A stretch of DNA of 64,000 bases from the human T2T-CHM13v2.0 reference genome, Homo sapiens. The notes below the pieces were generated by a model. It saw only the letters and a program-made list of their open reading frames with translations, did not search any database and had not been told where the DNA came from. How positions within the stretch are numbered: the stretch's first letter is position 1; each line of letters begins with the position of its first letter. Location: assembly GCF_009914755.1 (NCBI RefSeq), contig NC_060936.1. The stretch is one strand, 5' to 3'. Below, one piece after another: positions 53,450 to 64,000 of this stretch. The translations under genes and the position numbers were made by a program.

Positions 53450-54930
53450 TAAGGTGCCAGAGGTGTATTATAGCCCTTTGAATACAAAGATGAATAAGTC
53501 ATCGTTTCCAGCCTTGAATAGGTCATGGCCTAAGAGGGTAATAGAGGAGACAGATACGTAAATATATGATATGAATTATAAAATGGTATATGAAAATAGA
53601 GATAAGGAGTTACATATAGAGGAATGCTTAGGCCCATTTGGAGATTCCAGAGATATTTCCTGAAGGGTAACATTCCTGAACTGATTCACTGGAGTATGAG
53701 AAGGAGTCATCTGGGTGAGGCTAGGTGAAAGGGGACCCTTGGCGGGTGGTGGCATTCTAGACAGAAGGAATAGTCTAGGCAAAATCATGGAATTGGATGA
53801 TCATTATGTGTATAGTTGGCTACTGAGAGGATAAAGCCCAGGGTGGAAGCTGGATGGAAAAAGGACTAGAGAAGCAGGCAGTGGGGCAGGCCAGCAAAGC
53901 CTATTTGTAACATTAAATATCTCATTTTTGATTTTTAAGAAATGAGAAATGTTGAAGAGTTTTAAAGAGAAGAGTGCTATGGCCAAATTTCTATCTTAAA
54001 TACATCATTGTGATACCATTTTAGAAACTGTATATAAAGTAGTAAAAGGAGATCTGTTCAGAAGCTAATGAAATTGCTTATGCTTAGGCTAAGAGCCTAA
54101 ATACAGAATGAGGTAGAAGGAGTGGAGGAGAATATAGATTCAAGATAGAAGATACAACTGGCAAAAATGTAAGACCAAATGAGCATAGCCACTTAATAAA
54201 ATAGTATCTTAGATGGAGGAATATGATTAGCAGGTGCAGACAATAAATTCAGTTTTGAACATTTTAAGAGTATAGTGCTTATGAGGGTATATACCCAGCA
54301 AACATTTGAATCATGAGAGAAGTCCAGACTAGGGATAAAATATTCTAAATGTTCCGCAAGCACATAATAGTGGAATATGCAAAAGAATTGTACTTCTTAA
54401 GAAGAACATATTCATTCATTCATTCATTCATTCATTGATTCTTCATATATTCATTCTAAACAAATACTTAGTGAGCACCTACTGCACAGCAGGCACTGTT
54501 CTAGGCTCTGTGGATACACTGAACAGAACAGTCTTTGCCTTCACATAGCATGGGTTCCATGACCCAGACTGTAAAAAGTGTTGGGTCAGGCAGCATTGTA
54601 GATACAGGAAGAGAAGGTCTCAAAGAGATTATAAAAGCAGCAGGAGGATCAGGAGAAGTAGTTTCCTAGAATTCAAGGAAAGAGAGAACATTAAAAAGAA
54701 AGAAGTCATCACTAACATCATACATGACAGAAATGTTGAGTAAAATAAGACCTAAAAAGGGTTCATTGAGTTTGGCAATATGGAAGCCATGCAGACCTGG
54801 ATAAATGTAGTTTTAATGGTGTGATGGGGGCATAAACTAGATAGTAGTGTCTAGTTTAGAGAAAGACAGTACAAAATACACTTAAAGAAGTTTCAATGAG
54901 AAAAGAAAGGGAAAGAAAGGATGGAAACTA
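53450..54930 (-). mobile_element. L2 with a nested L2 3' end carrying (CATT)n at ~54410-54550
   Basis: L2 motifs; ttcattcattcattc...aaacaaatacttagtgagcacctact. Confidence 0.7.
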
Positions 54931-56191
54931 GAAGGGGCACGACATTCAGTCCCGAAATACTGAAAACTTTTTCTTTTCCATCAATTTACTCTTTTTCAGT
55001 GGACTCTTGATATTCCACCAACAAGTAGAACTCAATGACCAATGAAAGCATCAGAAACCCCTATTTCTGCACATGACCTCACTATTCTTAGACACCCTGG
55101 CTTTAAGCTTTGCCTGCTTTCCATAACTGTGATATCTAATGATCACAGGATCTTCCTCTTCTTTAATTTCTGTTGCTACCTCTCTACTACAGACTCTTAA
55201 TACTTCTCACATGGTCTATTTTGTCAGCCTAACAAAAGCTCCCTCTTCTCTTGCCTTTTAACCTAAAAATCCATCCTCCACCTTGCTGTCAAAATAATCT
55301 AATAAAACACATTTCTGTTCATGTTACTCCCCTGATGTAAAGGCTTTAGGGGCTTTCCAGTAACAGCCAAATTCAGGACAAACTCATTAAAGTGGTATTC
55401 TACTTTTTCCCCACAATACGATTTTAATCAAGTTTCTTTCTCTTATATTCATTTTCCCCAATGTGTACCCTGGGATCCAGTGAGATTGGCCTGTTTATTG
55501 TTTCCTGAGTTTTTTCCCGTTGGCCATGAATTCTTTAGCTTGTCTAAACTTATCTATCCTTCAAGTTTCAATTCTGTTGTCTTTTTCTTTTCTTTTTTTT
55601 CAGAATTCCCACACTGTTTCTATCCTTTGAACTGTGATAAAACTTTACCCATAGTGATTCTCTTTTTATTATAGATACTTGCATATTATATATACAATAC
55701 CTACCATACTTAAAGATCTATGAGACTGGAGAATATATTTAATATGTTTTTATTATCGGTATCTTGCATAGGGCATACAGGAAGTATTTAATAAATGTTT
55801 GAAGAACATAAATGAACTCCTCAAAATATTTAATATAAAAATTTTGGAGCTCAAAGTGACCTTAGAGATAATACAGTCTAACTCTTTTATTTTATAAAGG
55901 AAAGAATTGGAGATAAAAAATGTTAAGTGACTGCCCAAAGTCATGTGGCTGTTGAGCGACAAAGCAGTACCACAAATTCCATTCCCTGGCTTTCAGTCCT
56001 GTCCTCTTTCCATTTCATTACAGTACCTGTTTGGGAAGCTTGAATTGAGTCATCATCCTTGTCAACAATGTCCCTGAATTTGGTACCATCATTAGTGTAA
56101 AAGACATAGAGTCCTTTCCAGTCTCACAAGTTTATGAGTCCACAACCCAGTGAAAATCTGGGAGAAAGCTCAAGCTACCCACCCAACTTAC

Positions 56192-56329
56192 CAGGCGAAA
56201 GAGGCAGATGGTGTTCCCAGTGATGTTGTAGTGTGTCAGAACCTCAGAATCAGTGCTGATCCCAAATGACACGCCTGGGAATTTTTGCACCATGCTATGG
56301 AGTATGGGCACTGCTGGTATTTCTAAATC
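56192..56329 (-). CDS. ERP27: ERP27 coding exon 3 (DLEIPAVPILHSMVQKFPGVSFGISTDSEVLTHYNITGNTICLFRL)
   Basis: tttttAG acceptor; CTG|gtaagt donor; 138 nt; NIT sequon at residue 100. Confidence 0.97.
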
Positions 56330-56698
56330 CTAAAAACAAGAGAAAAAATAATACCACAGTGGTTATTTCGAAGGGCAGAGACAAACGATAGGCAAAAGAA
56401 ATATGATATGATGTTTACCAGAAATCATAGATTTGATTTACTGCCCAGTAACACATGATTTACCCCTAACAATTCAGGTTTAACTGGCAGTGACATTCTT
56501 GAATTTTCCAGGCTCTGTAAGTTAATAGGTAACCACGAAATTGTAGCTGAGCCTGAGACTCCTGTCAGGCCTTGTCATAGAGCTTGAAGTTTACTAGGGG
56601 CTGAGAGAGGCCTCAAAATCATAAAGGCCTGCCTAGTTTGGCTGCACTGTTGTAGATACACATGAGAAGCAACTCTTCTGGGAACAATTTGTTTAACG

Positions 56699-57465
56699 GT
56701 GAAATAGCAAACAAACTAACATAACCAACTCTATTTTTGTTTAAAGGGCATTTATTTACTCATTCCTGCATGTAGGTTAGAATAATTTTAGAGCACTGAG
56801 ATAATAGGCAAAAATAGGAGTTATATAGTTTTTAAAACTAACTCTGGGATTAAAGGAAAAGTATGTAAACAACTAACTATGTAGTGCTACAGATTTATAG
56901 GTGCCTTGTGACCTGACCAAGGACAAAGAAGTTCCCAACTTCCTGAGACACTTGCTGGGGCCCAGATGCCTGTGGTTGCCGGTTATCACTTGATCCCAAC
57001 TCCCTCCTCTTCACCCTGCCCTTAACATACAAAGAACCTAAAATTGGTAGTGGCTTAAGATGTACTTTGTTTATTTATTTTGACACAGAGTCTTGCTCTG
57101 TCACCCAGGCTAGAGTGCAGTGGCAAAATTTTGGGTCACTGCAACCTCTGCCTCACGGATACTTGTGCCACAGCCTCCTGAGTAGCTGGGACTACAGGTG
57201 TTCACCACCATACTTGGCTAATTTTTTCTGCATTTTTAGTAGAGATGTGGTTTTGCCATGTTGCCCAGGCCAGCCTTGAACTCCTGAGCTCAGGCAATCC
57301 ACCTCCCTCAGGTTCCCAAAGTGCTAGAATTACAGGTGTGAGTCACTGTGCCCGGCCAAGATGTACTTTAGGATGCTAGTCCGCTGTCTTCTTGGTTTAC
57401 TGGATCTTCAAATAAACTGGCTTTTCCTCCCACCGGCTCTTCCTCTTGAGTTTTGGCTTTGGTTA
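56699..57465 (+). mobile_element. ERV1-class LTR interrupted by an Alu
   Basis: tgaaatagc...cattcctgcatgtagg...aataaactggcttttcct; subfamily uncertain. Confidence 0.65.
57069..57357 (-). mobile_element. AluJ/S in ERP27 intron 2
   Basis: Perfect TSD aagatgtacttt at 57057-57068 and 57358-57369. Confidence 0.95.
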
Positions 57466-57883
57466 CATTTGTGGATGAAAGGAAAAAATGCAAAAATATG
57501 AAATAGACGCCATCAAAAGGGCCAAAAAAGAAAAAAAGAAGAAAAATAAAACAATTAAAATGAAAGCTTAGAAGTTTTAACAAAAGTTTATGCAGGTTAT
57601 GGAAGGACAGTCCCTCTCTTGCCACTGTAGATAAACCTGAGCTTTGCACATGAAGATGCTGTTCACGCATTCAACTCTGCAGCCCAGGCCTGCAGGAGGC
57701 AGCAGAGAAGCCACTTGCGAACAGTGATTCCAGGCCTTCCATAGACGCTGGCATCATTTTCCCTGCTCTCACGGGACCTTTATCCATAGCAGCTCCAGGA
57801 AATTAACAGGAACAAACATGTTCTACCCTGCAAGTCCCCAGGCTGAAGGAGGAGATGTGCAAGGAGAAAAGAAGATGGCCAGT

Positions 57884-58245
57884 TGATATGGTTTGGCTGT
57901 GTCCTTACCTAAAATCTCATCTTTAAATGTAATCCCCATAATCCCCACATGTCAAGGGTGGGACCAGGTGGCAGTAATGGGATCATGGGGGCAGTTTCCC
58001 CCATGCTGTTCTCGTGATAGTGCATGAGTCACAAGATCTGATGGTTTTTTAAGCGTCTGGCATTCCCCTGCTTGTGCTCATTCTCTCTCCTGCCATCCTG
58101 TGAAGAGGTTCCTTCTGCCATGATTGTAAATTTCCTCAGGCCTTCCAAGCTATGCTGAACTGTGATTCAATTAAAACTCTTTCCTTTATAAATTATCCAG
58201 TTTTGGGTATGTCTTTATTGGCAGCATGAGAAGAAACTAACATAC
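57884..58245 (+). mobile_element. MaLR LTR (THE1/MSTA)
   Basis: tgatatggtttggctgtgtcc...gccatgattgtaa...ttcctttataaatta...aactaa. Confidence 0.9.
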
Positions 58246-59287
58246 CCGTCTTGCATCTGGGGTCAAGCAGAGGGAGCTGGTATCTACTCTTCTAGAGGCC
58301 ATGAACAATAATTAATTGAGGCCTCCTCTCTTATTCTGCTCCTTCAGATGGAATTGCTGGAGGATAAAATGATGGCATCTGGCGGCTGTTTAAGTTATTG
58401 CACACTCCTCCAATTCCATGCTCTTGCCCCTTCCCCATCTTTCTGACGGTGTTTTTGTCTACAGCTCAGATTTCTCATTCCTGAAAAATGTTGTCCCTGT
58501 CTTTCTCCCTGACTTGCATCTCATTGCAGTGATTTCCAACTGTGTACGCAGAACTGACAGGGTAATCAGGAGTTGTAACTGAGAAATGGAAACAGACAAG
58601 AAGGTCTGCTATGAGAGAGTAGGGGCTTGATCAGCTGTGAGGATTTCCAGATGCTACCACCAGAGAAAGATGAAAATGCTGGAATGAGGCAGTCTCATTT
58701 ATGGCTGCCTTTCTTAGTCAAGAAGCTAATCTGGAAGATGGAGGTTAACACCTTGAATATACAAAATGCCATCATTTTCCAACATTTCAGACAAGGCAAA
58801 GAGAAAGAAGGAGAGTCTACCATATTTGGGGGAAAGGCTTTAAAAGGCTGTGCACTGACTAATGTCCAGGATGTTTGGCATCCTGTAAACAGTGTTGCTG
58901 GATGATATAAATTGGGTTCACTCTGGCCCCTGCCTATTCATAGGGTGCTATGAGAGTATAGACCAAATGTGTTTAGGACAATGGTGGGGTTCCATGAAGG
59001 CATTCTTTCTGCAGATACTGACTTGAGCTTCAAAGCATCCATAGATGAGGAGATGCAGCCCACAGGCTCAGAACTCTTGAAGTAAGTATGAGAAAGATAT
59101 AATTTAGAGACTGGGAATGTCTTGAAAATAAGAGGTCCCAATGGACAAGATGAAATCAAACTGGGTGGCTGTCTCCCTTTACCCCCACTTCTAATGCAGT
59201 GCCATCTGCCAGCAGCAGGTGGCTGCTGTGGTTCCCTTAAGGTAGAACATTTCTGGCTCTTGGGGGAATTGCAAGTAGGGAACTAAC

Positions 59288-59388
59288 CTGGAAGAAGCCT
59301 ATGACAGCCACCTCAGTGGCAGCAATGAATTCCATGGCAGCTGGGACATCTGTGAGCCACGTGGGTTCCTGGGCAGCACCAGGACCAT
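59288..59388 (-). CDS. ERP27: ERP27 coding exon 2 (DGPGAAQEPTWLTDVPAAMEFIAATEVAVIGFFQ)
   Basis: ctctctAG acceptor; CAG|gttagt donor; 101 nt; PDI b-domain motif VIGFF. Confidence 0.97.
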
Positions 59389-59751
59389 CTAGAGAGAGAA
59401 GCAGAAGATGTCAGGGTACTGAGGCAAGAAGAAGCAGCTCTAAATAATGAGGGCATCTATACCTTTTATCTCTATACTAAGGGCAAGAAGAGCACAATTT
59501 ATAGGAGTACTGTTGGCATTCCAAGGCATAATATTTTTACTAACATATGGAAGGTGACCCTACTGATGGTCTGTCTCTGAAGGATACTGCCAGACTTCCC
59601 TACTCTCTACCAGGCAAAATGCATCTTATCCAGGATTTCCTGGAAAGCTTTCTAGGTGTGGAGGAAAAGTACCCAGAGAACCACCATGCTCCCTTTCCTT
59701 CTCCTAATAACACTTTCACACTATAGCCACCCAACTACATTTTTCTTTTAC

Positions 59752-59845
59752 CTGAGGATTTCTCAACTTCTGCAGCAACTTCTGCAGCCAGCTCACACGT
59801 GAGGAGAAATAAGAGGAACATGAACCTGGACGGGGCAGCTTCCAT
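59752..59845 (-). CDS. ERP27: ERP27 coding exon 1 (MEAAPSRFMFLLFLLTCELAAEVAAEVEKSS, signal peptide)
   Basis: acaATGG Kozak at 59845; donor TCAG|gtaaaa; 94 nt. Confidence 0.97.
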
Positions 59846-60049
59846 TGTCCCTCTCCTGCTCCTGCTCCAACCCTGGACTTTGTGTTGGGGAGGCCGACTC
59901 AGGGCAGCCTACTCTGTAGCTGATTGGCTGTGGGGTTGTTAGGGCTTTGGGAACTTTGCAGCTGGCTCCAGGGGAGCCTTCAACTTCTGAGATAAAAGAC
60001 CAAGGTTAGTAATAGGGACTCAGAACATATCCAACCAGAAGAAAGTCAG

Positions 60050-60990
<941 letters not shown>

Positions 60991-61021
60991 ATTTTCATGT
61001 GAAAATATTACAAAAGAAATT

Positions 61022-63140
61022 AGGAAGCCCTAGCCAGGGCAATTAGGCAAGAGGAAGACATAAAAGGCATCTAAACAGGAAAAGAAAAAGTCAAACTATT
61101 TCTCCTTGTTGACAATATGATTGTATGCCTAGAAAGCTCTGAAGACTCTGCCAAAAGGCTACTGGAACTGATGAATGATTTCAGTAAGGTATCAGGAAAA
61201 AAATAAGTGTACAAAAATTAGTGGCATTTCTATACAGCAATAATGTCCAGGCTGAGAGTAAAATCAAGAACACAATTTCATTTACAATAGCTACAAATAA
61301 AATGAAATGCCTAGGAATACAGATAACCAAGGAGGTAAAATATCTCTACAAGGAGAAATACAAAACACTTTTGAAAGAAATCAGAGGTGACACAAATGAA
61401 AAAACACTCCATGCTCATGGGTAGGAAGAATCAGTATCTTCAAAATGGCCATACTGCCCAAAGAAATTAACAGATTCAGTGCTATTCCTATCTAACTACC
61501 AACGTCATTCTTCACAGAATTAGAAAAGAAACTATTCTAAAATTTATATGGAACCAAAAAAGAGTCTGACTAGCTAAAGCAATCCTAATCAAAAAGAACA
61601 AAAACAGAGGCGTCACATTACCCAACTTCAAACTATACTACAAGGCTACAGTAACCAAAATAGCATGGTACTGGTACAAAAGCAAACACATAGACCAATG
61701 GAACAGAATAGAGAACCCAGAAATAAAGTCATATACCTACAACCATCTGATCTTCGACAAAGTTAACAAAACCAATCAATGGGGAAAGGATTCCCTACTC
61801 AATAAATGGTGCTGTGATAGCTGGCTAGCCATATGCAGAAGAATGAAACTGCACCTTCATCTTTCACCATATAAAAAGTTAACTCAAGATGAATTAAAGA
61901 TTTAAGACCTCAAACCATAAAAGTCCTAGAAGAAAACCTAGGAAATACTCTTTTTGACATTAATCTTGACAAGTAATTTTTGGCTAAGTCCTCAAAAGCA
62001 ATTGCAACAAAAACAAAAATTGACAAGTGGGACCTAATTAAAGAGGTTCTTCAGAGCAAAAGGAACTATTGATAGACAATCTACAAAATGGGAGAAAGCA
62101 TATGCAAACTATGCATCCAACAAAGGTCTAATATTCAGAATCCATAAGAAACTTAAACAAATCAAGAAGCAAAAAACAAATAACCCCAATAGAAAATGGG
62201 CAAAGAGCATAAACAGATACTTCTGAAAAGAAGACACACAAGAGGCCAATAAGCCTACAAAAAATGCTCAACGTTACTAATTATCAGAGAAATGCAAATC
62301 AAAGCCAAAATGAGATACAATCTCACACTAGTCAGAATGGCCATTATTAAAAAATCAAAAAACAACAGACACTGTGAGACTGCAGAGAAAAGGGAATGCT
62401 TATACATTATTCATGGGGATGTAGCTTAAGCAGTTACGTAGTTCAGCCACTGTGGAAAGCAACTCTAAGTAATGAGGACATCTATACCTTTTATCTCTAC
62501 AGTAAGGCCAAGGAGAGTACTCCAATTTTTAGGAGTAACGTTAGCATTCCAAGGCATAATATTTTTACGAACGTATGGAGAGTGACCAGTTTGAAGATTT
62601 CTCAAAAAACTTGAAACAGAGCTACCATTTGATTCAGCAACCCCATTACTATGTATATATCCAAAGGAAAGTAGATTGTTGTACCAAACAGACATGCACA
62701 TGTATGTTCATTGTTGTGCCATTCACAATAGCAAAGACACGGAATTAATGTAGTTGCCCATTAATGGTGGATTGGATAAAATATGTGGTGCATATATACC
62801 ATGATATACTATATGGTCATAATAAAAAAGTAAAATCATGTCCTTTGCAGCAATATGGATGAAGCTGGAGGCCATAATCCTAAGCAAAGCAATGCAGAAA
62901 CAGAAAACCAACTTCCATATGTTCTCAGTTATAAGTGGGAGCTAAACACTGAACACACATAGACATGAACATAGAAACAGTAGACACTGTGGACTACCTG
63001 AGGGGTAAGGGAGGGAGTGGGGCATTTTTTGAAAAACTATCTATTTAGTACTAGGCTCACTACCTGGATGCAATATACCCATGTAACGAACCTGCACATG
63101 TACCCTCTATACCTAATATAAAAGTCGAAATTAAAAATAG
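61022..63140 (+). mobile_element. 5'-truncated L1PB-type element (degraded ORF2 3' half and 3' UTR)
   Basis: ORF2 remnants (FLYSNN, IKNTISFTIA, YKTLLKEI); gttcagccactgtggaaagca; 3' end cacatgtaccc; carries a non-L1 insert at 62462-62587. Confidence 0.93.
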
Positions 63141-63379
63141 CTAACTAAATAAGTAAAATGTAGATTTCCCACTGGCTGTATTCTGAATGTGCATTGCCTA
63201 TTATAGTGTAATAGGGGACCAATTTGTTCCCAAAGATGTAAATATCTCCTCCAGTGTGTTTTCCTCATCCCCATCCCCTCTGAGGGAACTCATGAATGTG
63301 AACCATCCAGTTATCATATTTGTTCAAAGCAAGAAAGCAGGGAAATGAAGGTCTCAGCCAGAACACACACAGTTATTGT

Positions 63380-63385
63380 TTTATT
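63380..63385 (-). terminator. ARHGDIB: ARHGDIB polyadenylation signal AATAAA; 3' UTR ~63365-63858
   Basis: tttatt on the + strand with a downstream TGTGTGTGTT element. Confidence 0.85.
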
Positions 63386-63858
63386 CTTGTTCTCTTGTGT
63401 CGTTTACAGTGTCTCTCACAAAAGAAGAACTCCCTCTGGCAGGGGATGTGACTAGGGACTCATTGGGCCAGCAACAACCACAAAAGAATCTAGGCATTAG
63501 AATGAACTACTGGAACCTGAGTCAAAGACCTGTTAGTGATAATTTGCCCATTTTCTGGCCTCTAGTTGCTTGAATAGGGGTAAGACAGGGAAATATTAAA
63601 TGATTGTGTACTGAGATGGAGACGTGGAAGATCTGGCCCTGATGGAGGATCAGAGGGAGCAGGTTGGGTGAAAGCCCGGTTTTAAGCCTCTTGTTCTAGG
63701 GACCACGTTGAGTGACAGGGTGGGAAAAGATGCATCAATAAGGAAATGTGGCAGTGTTGAAGAGGGACCCAGCTGTGGACAGGGAGGAGGGACAGGGTGC
63801 TGAACACGCCTGAGAGAATTCTTCCAGGTGGCAAGGGTGGGGAAAGGGGTGGATGCAT

Positions 63859-64000
<142 letters not shown>

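Overview
Human (primate) genomic DNA. The three encoded proteins identify it as the MGP-ERP27-ARHGDIB cluster of chromosome 12p12.3, all on the minus strand. MGP is complete: 4 coding exons of 61+33+76+142 nt give 103 aa, plus an in-frame 75-nt cassette exon. ERP27 is complete: 7 coding exons give 273 aa ending in KVEL, plus a candidate alternative first exon in intron 3. Only the end of the last ARHGDIB exon is present. Much of the rest is interspersed repeat (Alu, L1, L2, MIR, CR1/L3, several LTRs) and microsatellites; repeat boundaries and subfamily names are by eye and approximate. I found no evidence of a wholly new multi-gene system. The most unusual signals are: (i) short, locally templated duplications around the ERP27 5' end, including a ~126-bp copy of intron 1 inserted inside a nearby L1; (ii) a PTF1-type E-box/TC-box element at the ERP27 promoter; (iii) possible ERP27 isoforms lacking the signal peptide or KVEL; (iv) a tail-less Alu flanked by a direct repeat; (v) a complex template-switch scar at 1.5 kb.
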